Origin: Cenococcum geophilum
Taxonomy: Eukaryota
Direction: 5' to 3'
Assembly (NCBI GenBank): GCA_050273025.1
Contig: CP158636.1
Span: 3,286,001 to 3,350,000 of the forward strand
DNA: 64,000 nt
Shown here: in pieces, positions 14,354 to 29,160 of the stretch
Numbering within the stretch: the stretch's first letter is position 1
Layout of the letters: the number at the start of each line of letters is the position of its first letter
Made by a program: the position numbers and the translations under genes
Notes under the pieces: model-generated
What the model was told of the DNA's origin: nothing
Database searches by the model: none
Seen by the model: only the letters and a program-made list of their open reading frames with translations

Positions 14354-16982
14354 ATATAATAGTGGCGTTAAATTAATCTTATATAATATAATTTAGTAAA
14401 AGAGTATAAACTTATCCTATTATTAAAGTGGTAAAAACCTATATAAGTATCGGATTAAACTATATAGTGCCTATAAGCTTATAATATTAGTAGTCAATAT
14501 ATATAACCGCACTAAGGTAGTTGGCCTATAACCCTTCTAGGCGGCAAACTTTATAGGTTATAACCTTATTTTTGGATGCCCTTAGCTTATAAAAGTAAAA
14601 TTTAAGATATGCTTTAAAATAAAAGCCTTTAAATAATAGAATAATAAGAAATTAAAAGGGTGTATATTACTAACAAGCTTAAAAAAATCTTAAAGGATAT
14701 AGCTCTAGATAAAATAGTATACGCTTTATACCTAAAGGAGTATTAGATCTAACCCCTATTTAATAGCAAGATAGGTATAAAGCCTAGTATAAGTAATAAC
14801 CCCTTTATAATAGAGACCCTATAGGGAACTACTAAATAGGTTATAGGGATATTATAAGGAGGCGGCGATTTTAAGGATCTTATAAGATACTTTAACTATT
14901 ATAAGTTACTCTAGCTTAAGCAATACGGAAAGAGTATACTATGGTACCTTAAACGCTGCGTTAAGGAATTCTCTACCCTCTACTAGCTACTATATAAAAC
15001 CATTTAATATATAGTGGTAACTATATATAAGCAACTACTATAGCGTATAATACTACCCACGAGTATTTTAAGGGAGCTTTAGGACCTACCTAATAATAAT
15101 ATAAAGAATAAACGCGAACCTAATCTATTAAATATCCCATTAGGCCTAAGGGTATTTTTAGATAGGTGGGCTAAACTCCTTGCGTAAAACTTAGAATATA
15201 ATTATATAATTAATCTAAAAGAAGGCAAATAGCCGCTAAAACTTCCTATTTATAACCTCTCTTATAAAGAGCTTAAGATTCTATAGAAGTACTTTAATAG
15301 TTTACTAGAAAAGGGATAGAGCTAGCCTAATAAGTTATTAGTAGGCGCCCTAATGCTCTTTATTTTAAAATTAGATAAAACTATAAGGCTATATATAGAC
15401 TATTACGACCTTAATAGGATTATAATTAAGAACTGTTACCTACTACTACTAATTAGTAAAATACTAAAGTAACTATTTAGGGCGAAGATCTTTATAAAGA
15501 TAGATTTATAAAACGCCTATTATAGGCTCTATATTAAAGAAGGGGATAAGTTAAAACCCGCTTTTAAAACCTAATACGGCCACTCTAAGTATCTAATAAT
15601 GCCTTTTAGACTAGCTAATACGCCTATAATATTCTAATTATATATCTATAGGGCCCTAGGGGGATTAGTTAACCGTATATATATTATCTATTTAGATAAT
15701 ATCCTAATTTATTTAAAAGATAAAAATTAGTATAAGTAATATATCCGTAAAGTACTAGAATATTTAGATAATTAGGGCCTTTACGCTAAGGCATTAAAGT
15801 TATCTTTAATGCTAAGTAGGTTAAGTTCCTAGGTTATATTATAATGCCTATAGATATAGTTATAGACCTAATATAGGTATAAATAATAAAAGAGTGGCTA
15901 GAGCTAGAGAGCTACTAAAATATCTAAATATTCCTAGACTTTGCCAATTTCTATAGGCGCTTTATCTATAACTATTTAGACATTGCCTAATACCTATTTA
16001 ACTATATTATAAAAGCTTCCTAAAACCTAGCCTAAGAAGTAAAAAACTTAAAAATAGGAAGAAAGAAAACTAAAAAGAAACCAATTAAATAGTATAAACT
16101 ATAGTTATAGCTTAAAAAGGTTTAAGAGGCCTTTTAAAAACTACGCGTAAAGTTTATAAAAGCTCTATTACTACGGTATTTTAACCTAGATAAGCTATTA
16201 ATAATAATCACTAATATATTTAATTTTGCCCTTATTAGTATCCTATTATAACTTAATAGGTATTTAAACGCTACCTAGCTCTACTAAGACTAATAATATT
16301 CTATAGTAGAAAATTCTAGGGGCCTAAAGTTAGGTATTATACCTATAATAATAATAAACTACTAACTATAGTTAACTATTTTAAACAGTAGTAATATTAC
16401 CTTAAGTACGTAAGCTATACCACTTATATACTCTTAGATTATTATAATTTACGCTACTTTATAACTATAAAGGAGCTTATACCTTAATAAGCCAAATAGG
16501 TAAAGAAGCTTATATAATTTAATTTTAAAATTAAATATAAGCTAGAGGAAAACAACCTATTAATAAACTATTATAATAGCTAGACTATACTAAAGGCTTT
16601 AAAACAGGAGAAGGAAAACAGATAATAGATATCTTATTCCTTATATTATAAAATAAGCTTTAGGTATAGAATTCTTAAGTATCTATAGCTTTATATACTA
16701 AGTCTTAGGCAGTATAAACTCTATTAGCTTTTATTAATATTTTAGCTAGTACCTAGTCTATAGCTAATAGAGGTCTAAATATACCTAAATAGAATATCCC
16801 TAATATATTACCCCTAATTACTAAGCTATCCTTTTAAACTAATAGCAAAGCTATAAAGCAATTAGAACTTAAAGCCCTATAATAACTAAAGGACTTTAAC
16901 CTTATAGCGGCCTTCCTAATATATATATATTTAAAGGTTATAAGATCTATAATACTATCTAGTCTTATACTTAGAGTAGCAT

Positions 16983-17283
16983 CCCTTAACCCGTTAGGGC
17001 GAGCAGAGAGGAAAGCCCGTGCGCGAACACCAGAATTAGAACAACGCGTAGAATTCAACTATTAAATACACCACCACCATGCCTTCTAATCACGCTAGAA
17101 TTGATGCAGATCTTGTTCAGAAGACCCAATATAAAATTCCCCTAAATAAGACGGCGAAAAAACCCCCCCAAAGCCTTAGCCACTCCCCAAATTTTATATT
17201 CCTAAGCATAACTACCAAATCCTACTAATCTAATTAGTAGGCTATTATCGATAACCTACATGCCCAAGTTAACGGGTTAAGGG
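16983..17283. mobile_element. 301-bp MITE with perfect 14-bp TIR CCCTTAACCCGTTA, AT target
   Basis: AT|CCCTTAACCCGTTA ... TAACGGGTTAAGGG|AT; GC-richer and less RIPed than the flanks; the host frame appears continuous after removal. Confidence 0.85.
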
Positions 17284-17485
17284 ATAGAATAAAATAGCTT
17301 TTACCTAAGAATTATGTAAAAGGTTAATAGATCTTATCTATAAAGTATAATAAAGGGACGCCTTTTATACCATCTTTAATATAAAAGGAGACTGGAAGTG
17401 TAATAGAAAGAAAGCTATTAGGAGCTATTATTAGGAACTAGACCTAATAGGCCTACTATATAAAAATAGTAAGGTTTAGGTGCTA

Positions 17486-17600
17486 TAAAAAGCAAATTTA
17501 TTATAAAAACCGCTTAGTTATACCTAACTATAATAAACTTAAGCTTAAGCTTAAACTCTTTAAATACGTATATAATTTACTAGTAGCCAGCTACTTAAGC
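17486..17600 (+). pseudogene. Short Gypsy pol fragment (start of the integrase Zn-binding region)
   Basis: De-RIPed LYYENRLVIPDxDELKLKL..YAHDLPVAGH; abrupt junctions on both sides. Confidence 0.5.
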
Positions 17601-19538
17601 TAATATTTAGCAGAAAAGGCACCCTACTAGAATAATAAGCTAATTTTAAAACCTAGCATATTAAGATTAAGGGAGTCTTTAACTATAACTAGGACTACTT
17701 TAATACAGTTTAGTCCTAGATCCTTTATATTTTAAATATACTAGAGGATAAGGCCTATTAGCTTATTAAATAGGGCCTAGAGCTTATATCCAGGAACTTA
17801 AACAACATATCTATATAGAAATGGCCCGCTAAAAAAGATATACTTAAAGACCTTACTACCTACTATAAGGTCCTTAATATAACCTAGATTATAAAAAAAT
17901 AAGCTTAACTATTTCCCCTAAGGCGAGTGTAATTACTAGTCCTAAAAGGGAGAGCTTAATAAGCTAATAGTCCGCGCTAAGAAAATAGATAAATAGAAGG
18001 TGGACCTATTTTAAAAGTTTATCTCTCTGAAAATAGAAGAGCTAGTACTTAGACTTGCCTATAAAATTAATAACAGCAACTATATAGGTTAGAGTAAGTA
18101 AATAGATATATTTGCTAAAAACCTTATAAACTATATACACTAAGCCAACCTTAAAAAGAACGCTAACCACCGCCTACCTACTTAAGCCCCTACCCCTATA
18201 TTAACCCTAACCCTAGTAGTAACTAAAGAACCTATAAACCTTAATGGAATCTTAGATATAAAGCGTAAGCGCTATATTAATAATAGACTATACCTTGCTT
18301 ATAGCCTGCCCGGCCACTAAAAGAACGCCTATAACCTTACTAAGATAGTAAACCTAGTCTTAATACTACCCTATTAAATAATGCGAACTAATAACTGCGG
18401 ACGCGGTAATTATAGAGTCTATTATAGACGCGGTGACCGCGGAGCCTATTACGGCTATAGCGGACAACCCCCCCTTTAACCCTACGGCTTAGTTACTCTA
18501 AATAATACCCTATATAAGAGCCTAACCCGTTAATAACGCCTAGTATTAGCAACTCTACGCTAGTAAATATAAACACAGCTATATTATCGGTAAGGTATTG
18601 TCTTTCTATACCCTGACTAAAACTAATACTAATACCACCAGCTAGATAGACACTAGACCACCCTATTAAAACAGCCTTATACCCTAGTTATTAAAAGGCA
18701 AACCCTCAAACTAAGTCGCGTCTAAGGGTCTAAACTATATAAGGAGGAAAACAAGAAGATTAGGTCCTTATTACTAGATTAATTAATCCTTTCTATTAAT
18801 AAGTTACTACTTAATCTTAAATTAGTAAACGGTAATTAAAAATTAATCCTTATTTAAACCTAACTCTTCTTATTATATAACTTATACCCCTAAGTTTATA
18901 TTAATATAGTAAGTCTAGTAGACTCCGGTAGTACTATAATAGCATTTACTAATATAGAGTCTATTATAAGAAAATATAATATTATAACTAAGAAGCTGCT
19001 AGCACTTAGTATAACAAAGCCTTATAGTAGGAACTACGGTAGACTTATTAATAGGCTAGGTATATAGGTAAACAAGAAGTTAACAACGTAATAATAACTG
19101 GTAGAGTAGTTGCTTAATAGATTAACTCTAATTATATTCTAAGATTTACTACAAAGGAGAGAACTATCTAGGTAGGGATTATGGTCCTTTAAATACATAA
19201 CCGTACTCCTAAGAAATCCCCTTTATATATAAGATACGTATACTCTATCTACTCTATTACGGATTACGTAGATCTTATAGATTATATAAATTACGTTATA
19301 TAACCTTAGTTACTATTCCTCGTTATATAGCTCTATTGGCTTTATCTTAAACCGTGCCTAAATTAACTAACTAGCTTCTTCCATCTCTTCTCTAAGTAGT
19401 TATAATATTGTACTTAAAGCGTCCGTAACACTATCTCCCTCCTTTTTATTTTCGTCCTTAAAGATTTTAAATATCTCTAAGTTATTTACTAGAGGTATAA
19501 TGTCTATCTAATTAATTTAGTTAATATCGTTGCTTATT

Positions 19539-20150
19539 ATACTTAAGGCTCCTTCTTCTTCGTCTATAGCTCGTTAGCTTTATACCGTTACTATAATACT
19601 ATCTCTTAGTGAGATTATACCGTCTCTATATTCTCGCTATTTAAAAGAGGGGTTAGTCTATATTACGTTAGTAAGTCCATCTTCGCAATAACCGTCCTCT
19701 TACTTAGAGTATACTAAAGCGAATATTTATTCGTCCTGTAACGTTCGCTCTATCTTTAATGCTAAATATACGCGACCTATTACTCTTAATAGTCGTCTAG
19801 TTCCTTAACTAATTTATCTTAAGATCTTATATTTAATCTACTACTATATAGCTAGATAATAAACTATCTATTACCCTTACTAAATTACGTCATTCCTATA
19901 ACGCTAAATGAGAGGCTACTAAAGCTTAGCAAAGAGCTCTTAATTCTTATCTTACTACGTCCGCTTAGTTAATCCGTCTTAAGAAGGTTTATAAGAAGGT
20001 TTGTTTTAAGGAGTAGGAACTTATAAAATAAGGTTTATAGGAACTTGGCGATAAAAAAATGGATTCTCTTCTAATAGAGAAGGAAATAGATCTAAGTAGT
20101 TCGGCAACTACTCTTCTTAGGTCCCCCTTAGGTGACTTATTCTTTAGTAA
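19539..20150 (+). pseudogene. Antisense extra ORF of Gypsy D1; Zn(II)2Cys6-like protein (RIP-destroyed, probably spliced; 3' end approximate)
   Basis: De-RIPed MPKAPSSSS..GEIMPSPCSRCSKEGLVCIALASPSSRQPSSCSECTKANIRSSCDV; homologous to 44945-44370(-) in D2. Confidence 0.65.
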
Positions 20151-22145
20151 TCCTTTTTTATTAATGCTATTTAACCTAATTTCTTCTAATACTCCTATAC
20201 CTTTTTTATAGCGTTCTTTAAATTCTTTAATAGCTCCTAGGTAGTCTTATTATAGCCTATCTACTTAACCTTATACTATATTTTATTGTTAATATCCTTA
20301 TAACTAACAATCTTTAAAACTTGCTATTTATCTTCTTCTTATCCTTTATACGTATCTACTTTGTAAACTAGTAGCTTAATATTCCTATATACTGGCTCTA
20401 GTATTGCAATATACTATATAGAGAAGGTCTTAATTTTAGTTGGTAGGTTTAACTTAAATATAACCGGTAAAATCCTCTAAATAATTTTAAAAGGTCCTAG
20501 TCTAATATAGTCTAACTTCTTACTTAGTTGTTAACTCTTAAAATTTTTATATAATAGCTATACTTTATCTCCCTCCTTAAGATCTGGTCCCTTAGATCTC
20601 TTAGCATTATAATACTTTTTTATTCTTTCTTATACTTTCTTTACTAATTCTATAAGGTCTATATAAAGATTTATTAACGTCTTTATTTTTTCTTTAGCTA
20701 TACTACTCGTTTTCTTTGCTTATTATAGTAATAACGATATTTTTAGCTTATATCTATAATTTGCCTTAAATAGTAATATGCCTATTCCTTTCTGTGGTAT
20801 TACATTGTATACAAACTATATAACTAATAATAGCGATACCCAATTGTTCTGTATATAATTAATATAATGTCTTAGATACTATTCTAGCGTCTAATTTAAT
20901 CTTTCCGTTTAGCTGTCTGTCTGCGGGTAATATATAGTAGAAGTTACTGCTTAAACTTCTTACTTTGCTAAAAACACTTCCTAGAATACTACTATAAATC
21001 TTAGATTTTTATCCGATATAATCTTACTTAGTGCTCTATATCTTACAAATACTTCTCTAATATAGATTCTAGCAATATCTTCCGCTAAGATTTCTTCTAT
21101 GCATGCTATAAAGTATCCCTACTTTATAAGCTTATCTACTATTACTAAGATTACGTTATAATCTTATCCGGTAATAGGGTCTCTTAACTTTAATAACTTA
21201 ATAATAAAGTCCTATAATATAACCTCCTATAGTCTTTCTGGTATTTTAATAGGTTATAGCCCTTTATATAGCTTATGCCTCGTTAGTTTATTCCTTTAAC
21301 AATCTAGATACTCTTTTATTACTTTTCTTATAATATTTTAGATTCTGTTAATAATATATTCTTTTTAAAGTCTTAACACTAAGCCTATTGCTCTATTGTG
21401 TCCTTAAGTTATTTCCCTATAGAAATCTTCCATAAAATGCTCTACTATACTTCTTAGGATGTACTTCGCTTCTTAATTCTCGTATATATTTATCTATAGA
21501 TCTTCTAGCTGTGCTTCTAGAATTCTCTATACCTAAAAGCTTTCTAGTATCTTATAGACTCTTTTTAGTTCGTTATTTTCTTAAGTTGCTATTAGTTTAG
21601 GGTAATTATATCTAATTAATCCGTCCTTATCTCTGCATAGCATTACTCCTAATAGTTTCTTATTATTTTGTAGTTCAGCCTTTCTATTAAGTGCGTCTAC
21701 TCTTATATTCTTAGTTCCCTTAATATACTAAATTTTAAAATAGTATTCTATAAGTATCTCTGCCTATCTAACCTATCTCTAATTAAGTTCTTTTATTATT
21801 AGAAACCCTATTAGGTTCTTATAATCCGTCTTAACTATAAATAGTTTCTCTACGCCTTATAAGAATGCTCTTTATTCCTTAAGTACTGCAACTATACCTA
21901 ATAACTTCTTATTGTAGACGTTATAGTTTAACTCTAGTGGTGTTATCTTTCTACTATAGTATACTACTAGATGCTATGCGTCCTTATACTTCTATAGTAA
22001 ATATACTCCTAGTATATAGTCTAATACGTCTGTTTCTATAACCGTGTTTAGTCCTAGTTAATAGATTTTAAGGATTAGCTCCTAGGTAAATAACTCCTTA
22101 AGTTCTTTAAACAACTTTCTTTATTTATCTCCTTACGCCTATAGT

Positions 22146-25100
22146 TGTCACGAAACTCGTATTGAGCTGTTCATTGATGAAATGGGTTGATTGATTGATG
22201 ATCTTATCTTAAGGTTAATTGACCTTGGACCTAGGGCCCTCGGGCTTAGATAAAGAGGTTTACACTACACGTGACTCGTGCACGGTCTAAGCCTCTAGAG
22301 AATACAGATTATTTAACACACCCCCTTAGCTTTAAGCTCTTTAAGGTTAAAGCTAACTATCTTTCTACTAAATTCTGCCAACTTCTACTAACCAATTAGG
22401 ATTTTCTATCCCCGGGATGGAAAATCGCTATTAGCTCGCTTACGGCTAGCGCCTTGGCGACCCTTCTCGTGCTTATTAATGCGTTAATTAAACCGTAATC
22501 TTATCTAAATCCTTCCGTCTTACTTTACTACTGTCCCTTAGGTTCTTTAGTTGCTTCTCCTTATTTAGCCGCTTCTTAATATCCACTATTCCGATTATAT
22601 TAACGAAGCTTTAAAACCTCTACTTGGGCAGGGCCTTTATAAGTCCATTAGCGATTATCTCCTTCGTCGCTGTTTATTAAAATTATACTTATCTTATTGC
22701 GTATTCCTAATATAGCTAGTGTTAATAGATGTTAACGTGTTAGAGCTTTATAATTAGCTTTACCGTATCTTTTATAATTAGTTAGAGCGTCTAGGTATTA
22801 TCGCATTTAATAATTAAGGGCTTATTTAGGTGTAGCGTTATTACTTTAAACAGCCTACTAATAAAGATAGCTTCCTTTACTGTCTGTAATAGGGCTAATA
22901 ACTTGGCTTTTATGCTCAACGTTATAACTATACCCTGCTTATTTGCTCTTTAGGCGGTTGGCCCCCTAAATAGCTTTATAATATATCCTTGTAAGCTCTT
23001 TCTATTGACGGAGTTGTCCGCGAATGATGTATTGCTGGCATAGATAAATGATTGCGCTTTGCTTCTACTATCTCTTCCGTTATCTTGTCCTTTGTCGCGT
23101 ATTCCTTTATCTCTTTCTCTACTATTCGTTCCTTCCTTATCTCCTCTATAGTAGATTGCTCTGCTTTTTGTGCTATATAGGTACTGGATAACTTTGTTTG
23201 CCGCTTAATAATGCTTTTAGCTTGGGTTCTAATTGAACCTTGCTAGCCGTAATACTGCGAAGGTAATATCTAGACGCGTTGTAGTGGCTGTATAGAGTAC
23301 TAAACCTAATTTTCTCTGATATAGCATTATAGAGGCTAGTAGGGATATAGGATAGATTAATAGGTCTATATTAGGGGACGGATGTGTTAGATGGATTAAT
23401 TAGTGATTGGTAGGAAGGAGTTCTAATTCTGCTATATGAGTATCTAGAAGACGCCCTTTGAGATCTATCTCGTACTAATTAGCTATCTTCTCTATATAGG
23501 CTTCCTGGGATAGCTATAGGAGCCTCTGGCTACGATTGCGTAGTACGTAGATTTTTAGGAACTATTTTAGCTCGCTAAGGGTACTTATCTGGTATTCCTT
23601 GCTTAGCTCCTTAATTGCTTTTTAAGCTTTCTTCTTATTTATCTTTTAGTAGCAAAAGATAATATTGTTAACGTAGAAGAAGATAACTATTCTACCTTTT
23701 AGCATAATATACGGCTCCTGAGGTACCTTTTTGAAACCCAATTCGTTTAATAAGCTTGTGAGGTTTTTTTGCTATAATAGTGGTGATTATTATAGTCCGT
23801 ATAGGGCTTTTCTTAAGCGTAGTACTTTATCTATTTTTCTTTTATTAAACCTTGGTGGTAGCTTTATATAGATAACCTTGTTAAGATCGTAATGGATAAA
23901 CGTATTGACTATATCTATCTGTGTCGTCTCTAGGTTAAATTTCGCGGTAATCGCTATAAGGGTTTAGAAGGTTGTACTAGCTAATGTAGTAGCTCTTATA
24001 GGTAGGTCTCCTGGGGCCTATTAATTTCCGTAGACTATTAAGCGTGCCTTGCATTTTTGGAGAAACCCGTGCTTATCTATCTTATAGATAAATACCTATA
24101 TTAAGCTAAGGACCTGCTGTCCCTTTACATGCTTTTTATCTATTTCTTAAAATAACCTTATTTAATAATAAGATTGGAGATAAGCTTGCTAAGCTTCCTA
24201 GAACTAATCTCAAAGAGGATGCGTATTAAGGTCGCGGATTGACTAAGGTGGCGGAGGTAAGTTCTTCCTATATAATCTAATATTACGTATTTTGCCTAAT
24301 TTTAGCTTGCTGTCGTTAAGTTAATTGTTAAGGTTGAACTTTCTTCCTGCTAAGAAGGCGCTGTGATAGGCTGAAGTGATCCTTTTAGTAATAAAGTCTT
24401 TGAACCTATAATCGCCGGCTTCTTTGAACGAGTCTTTAAGTACCCCCTAAGTGTTAAACCCGTCTCCTTTTTGTTAGATAATGTCCTAATCTGGTATATC
24501 TGACCTTATAGGGTACTTAACGTAGAAGGCGTATGGAGATTCTTTATCTTCTTCTGTTAGAGGTGGCGTATAATATGCATTTTTAAGAGCTCTTGTAAGC
24601 TTAAGATCGGCTAACTTATTAAAGGTTTAAACTGGCTTATTATTAACGTCGTCGTCTTCCTCTTAAATTAACGGTTTAAATACTTCTTTATTATCTTCTA
24701 AAAGAACCTTATTCTTAGTTAGGGTATTAGGAAGTTAAATCTTCTTAATTAACGTGTCTAATTTAGCGTGTAGGTCCTTTAAGATGTCCGTTTACTTGCC
24801 GTTAAAGAATGTTTTTTTATTAAAGATGACATCCCTAGTAGAGATGACGATACCTTTATAGGGGATCCAGATCCTATAGATATTGGTAGAGTTATAGCTA
24901 ATAAGGTAGCTGATATGGGCTTATAGATCTAGCTTGCTTAGCCTTTTCTTCTTTAGCTAGGTGTCTAACGTTATTGCGTACGCCCTATAGCTATAGGCTT
25001 TTAGGTGCGCTAGTTGCGGCTTTCTTAATCTCTTATTAGCTAGGAAGGTATAGAACCTCTTATATAGCGATTTCTAACTATTGCTTTCCCATAGTATTTG

Positions 25101-27956
25101 ATCTTATAGGTAGACTGTATAGTTAACTATCTTATTCCATAGATTGTGTGGTAGATTAGTAGCAATTCTTATTATACGTGCTCTCTTAATGATTATACCC
25201 CCTAAGCGTTTGGCGGTACCATTTTAAGCTTGGGTATATAGCGCTAAAGGCTTAAATATAATCCCTTGCGTCTGTAGCTATTTAAGGGTTCTCCTTTTCC
25301 CTAGCTTGTTATCTAATTTAATAGTATTAACTTTAAGATTATACCTTAGATAAATCCATTAGATGAAATCTTTAAGTACTTATAGTGTCTCCTTCTCTTT
25401 GCTATGCGTTTTTATAAAATATAGGAAGGATCTTCCTAAGAAGGTGTTATAGATAAGTATAACTTATATAAATCTAGTATGCGCTTTTTTAAGGTTAGTC
25501 TAGTTAATATGGAGGTTAAGATAGGGTTTATTAATTTTCTATTTTAAGAACCTTCTTAAGACCTAACGCTTAATTTTGGTAAGACTGTAGTGTTAATATT
25601 CCGTTATCTTTGGGCCTTAAAGCTTAACTTCTAAGGCGTTAAGACCTAAATAATAAAGGCTTATAGGTCCTGGATGACCTAGACGTAGATGCTATAGACG
25701 TGTATCTCCTTTTGAATCTGGACAAGCGTCTCTTAACGATGCTCTACGCTTCCTTTAGCGTAGTAGTTGGCTTATATTGAACGCTGATAGACTTTCTAGT
25801 TGGACGTATTTGATAGTCTATTATCCGTAACGTTCTTCTATTTAACATAGGACTAAGTTATTCTTTTAAACTAGAAGATTGTTCTCTCCTTTATTGTCCT
25901 AGTAGTACTTTTGTTTTTAAAGTAGACAGAATAACACTAGATTTGTATTAAAGTCCGTATAAAAGGTAACGTCCTTAAGACGTAGGATTCCCTTACTCTT
26001 GTCTGGTTTTGTGACTTAGATAGTGACGTTACTGTAGCCTAGTATAGGCACTTTTGAGCTGCCGGCGATGACGTATTTAAGTCTTAGAGCTTTCCTAAAG
26101 TTATAGAAATAAGAGAGGTTATTGAAGATATGGAGAGTGGTTCCTGAGTTAAGAATAGTTGATAGCTTTAGTGGATAGATTTGACCTATGTGGTACGATT
26201 TTAGGAATATTGCATTAGCTTCTCCCTTAATTTTAACTTTCTAACTCTTGTCCTGTTATTGTTAAGCCTCGTCTTCTTATTCTTTAAGTTTGATTTTTAT
26301 AACTTGGTTAGTAAGATCCTTATTCTTTTCTACCTTCTTTAGCGCCTTTTTAATGCGAGTATCTCCTATTGTGACTTCTGTAGGTTTCTTATCTTTAAAT
26401 AAATACTAATAGTCCTTAAGGGAGTGTCCTCGTATTCCGCACGCTAAGCACTTAGGCGTTAGCTTTTTATAGGACGTCTCCTTATCTACTAGTGTCCTGG
26501 CTTTCTTTAAGCGTCTATTACGTGCTAAGGCTCTTCCTCTTTGTAAACCTTTAGTAGTATTAGAGTAATCCTTAATGGCTTGCTCTGCGAAGTCTGCATT
26601 AAAGGTACTCCCCCTTATAGTAGTATTGGCTTTCTTTAAGGGTCTTATAAGTCCTTCTTGTAGCTCCTTTACTACTCTACGGTATTTAGAAGATCTTGAC
26701 TTCTAAGGGTTATTTAACTTAGTAGTGTACTTTATATAGTAGGCGTCGCTAAAAGGTTAAATAACATCTGCTAAATCTTAAAGCTAGATTCCTTTTAATA
26801 TTTAAGGGATTTTATACTTCTCTCCTAGTACTATTATGTGTTCCTATTAATCTAGCTATAGGTTTAATTTTAACAACTATTTAAACCCCTTAAGGGCTTC
26901 CGTATACTGGTATTGTACCTTCTTCCTAATAAATAATAAGGTAGGTTCGGTGTTCTCCTTTAGTTAAGATAGCCATTCTTTAACTGTTAAGGAAGGGTTA
27001 AGTAGTAGCTTCTTCTAAATTAATACTGTGGACGTGATTTAGGTGCGTATCTATTGCAGATGCTCTTTCTATTTTAGGAAGTACTTTATATCTTAGTTGT
27101 AGTATCGTCTACTGTTCTTATACGCCCTTTGTTGATTTGTTAAGAGCTGTGTATATAAGGTTGCATTCTTATTAAAATCTATAACTTTTAGATAGGCTAG
27201 TTCTTATAGTAGACCTTGTTAAGGTGCTATATTGTCTGGGTTAACGTAGGCCTAAATTTGTTTGTCTATAAGGGCTTGTAGTTGCTAGATTTATTACTCC
27301 CAGTCTTCTGGCTTATTAAGGATGATTATGGTAGACGAACTTAATGTTGGTAGAGTCATTTGACTGATAGGCAAAGGATGAATTAAGATGGTATTTTGTT
27401 GTTAGGATCGTCCTTATCGTTAGGATCGTCCTTATTATTAGGATCGTCCTGTCGTTAGGATCGTCCTATGACGATTAAGATGGAATCTTATGGAATCTCG
27501 TGGAATCTCGTGTTAGGATTGTCCTTTGACGATAAGGTCGAATCTCTTATTAGGATTGTCCTTTAACGATAAGGTTGAATCTCTTATTAGGATCGTTCCG
27601 TGACAATAAGGTCGAATCTTATAGAATCTCGTGGAATCTTGTCCTATAACAATTAAGGTAGGATTTCCGTTAAAGTCTGCGTCTTAATAATAAGGTGTTA
27701 GAGTCTAATAATAAGGTAGAATTTCTTTAAATAATTGAATAATAGCTAAATAGCTTCTTGTCTTGGTGGATTAGGCTTATAACTGTCACGAAACTCGTAT
27801 TGAGCTGTTCATTAATGAAATGGGTTGATTGATTGATGATCTTGTTTTAAGGTTGATTGACCTTGGACCTAGGGCCCTCGGGCTTAGATAAAGAGGTTTA
27901 CACTATACGTGACTTGTGTATGGTCTAAGCCTCTAGAGAATACAGATTATCTGACA
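22146..27956 (-). mobile_element. Ty1/Copia LTR retrotransposon F (full length, RIP-inactivated)
   Basis: 173-bp LTRs 22146-22318 and 27784-27956; TSD ATAGT (22141-22145 / 27957-27961); PBS-like GTTATAAGCC (cf. GGTTATGAGCC); ATG at 27359. De-RIPed motifs: CxxCGxRGHxxKDC ~26440, ILDSGTTLH ~26150, LWHLRLGHPGP ~25690, KARLxVCGNQQ ~24045, KALYGLRQSP ~23800, FYVDDI ~23670, KLRHVDI/ADGLTKAL 22750-22630. Confidence 0.96.
27400..27680. repeat. Tandem repeats in the Copia F 5' UTR
   Basis: GTTAGGATCGTCCTTATC (~17-18 bp) units, GGAATCTCGT 10-mers and ~37-bp composites. Confidence 0.8.
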
Positions 27957-29160
27957 ATAGTTCCTCTTTCTTTATAAGCCTGGTAAATAGTTTAATGTTC
28001 TTTAACCATTATACTATAAACCTTCTATAATAGTTGCAAAACCCTAAAAATAACCTTAACTGTATTATATTCTCTAGTTCTTACTAACTCGCTATAGCTT
28101 TAATTTTCTTTAGGTCTATACTAATATAACCTAGTTTAATAATAAATTTAATAAAATCGGTCTTTCTAGTAGGGAACTTATATTTTTTAATTACTACTAG
28201 CATCTATTTTTCCTATAATCTCTTTAAAACCCATTTAATGTATTCCCTATATTCTTCCTTAGTTATTAAGTAGATAATATTATTATTAAGATATACTATA
28301 ATAAACTTATTAAGGTGTTCTCCTAACATACTATTAATTTGTTTCTAAAATATTACTAGTATATTTATTAATCCAAATTGTATAACTAATGGTTTATATA
28401 GTCCTTCTTTTAACCTAAAGGCTGCCTTCTATTATTGCCTTAATCCTAATCTAATAGTACACCTATCTTAGATTTATCTTTATAAAGATTTATATATTAC
28501 CTATCTAATTCTAAATTTCGCTAATTAAGGGTAAAGAATACCTATTCTTTCGAGTAATGCTATTTAACTATTTATAGTAGATGCATAACCTAAGCTTTCT
28601 ATTTTTCTTTAGTACGAATAGTACTAAATATCCTACTAATAACTGCAATGGTCTAATATATCCCTTTTATAAGTTCTCTTAGACAAACTCTTTAAGTACG
28701 CTCGCCTCCTCTTAAGTAAGCTTATAGGTTAGAAAGAACCTTAAACTTATTCCTAGTTCTAACTCTATCTTATAGTCCTATACTATATAATTTGCCAGCT
28801 TTTTACTTTTTAGGCTCTATAGCTTCTTACCATACTTATAGTATCTCTTTAGTATATAATTTAAGCCTTACTTAGTCTCTTTATATATCGCTCCAACTTA
28901 GTACTATACTAACTTAGTTTATTATTATATCTTACGGCGTTAAGTATCCCTAATATTAACCTAACCTATAATTTAATTAATCTTTAAATTATATTTCTAT
29001 AACTAAGGCATACTTAATACAGCCTTATCCCGTCCTAATGGTACATCGGCAAAATATGGTACCCTTTTAATGGCCTTAATGGTTGGTGGTTGACGCAATT
29101 GGCGCGCAGTTGAGGGCATTTAGCAACTCGACCGACTAGCCTATGTCGTGTTTTTTTAAT

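Larger units (their letters stand above)
13870..17485 (+). pseudogene. Truncated Gypsy J internal region (gag end, protease, RT, RNase H), carrying two MITEs
   Basis: De-RIPed motifs: Zn knuckle ~14080-14130; protease ALxDSGAE at the 14185/14356 junction; RT GAPMLFIPK..LCIDYRDLNRITIKNRYPLP..MPFGLANAP..YLDDILIY 15340-15710; RNase H ELLAIV..DHYNLRYF..RWAEKL 16200-16560. Confidence 0.88.

Noticed and set aside
16987..17280. piggyBac MITE reading TTAA|CCCGTTA..TAACGGG|TTAA
   Set aside because: Leaves only a 7-bp TIR and a palindromic empty site; the longer TIR with AT target matches the other MITE and the host frame. Not strictly excluded.
22392..22459. Hammerhead ribozyme or group I intron fragment in the shared UTR module
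   Set aside because: No CUGAUGA/GAAA core in the correct topology, a 1-nt loop, and it occurs in both orientations relative to the host elements
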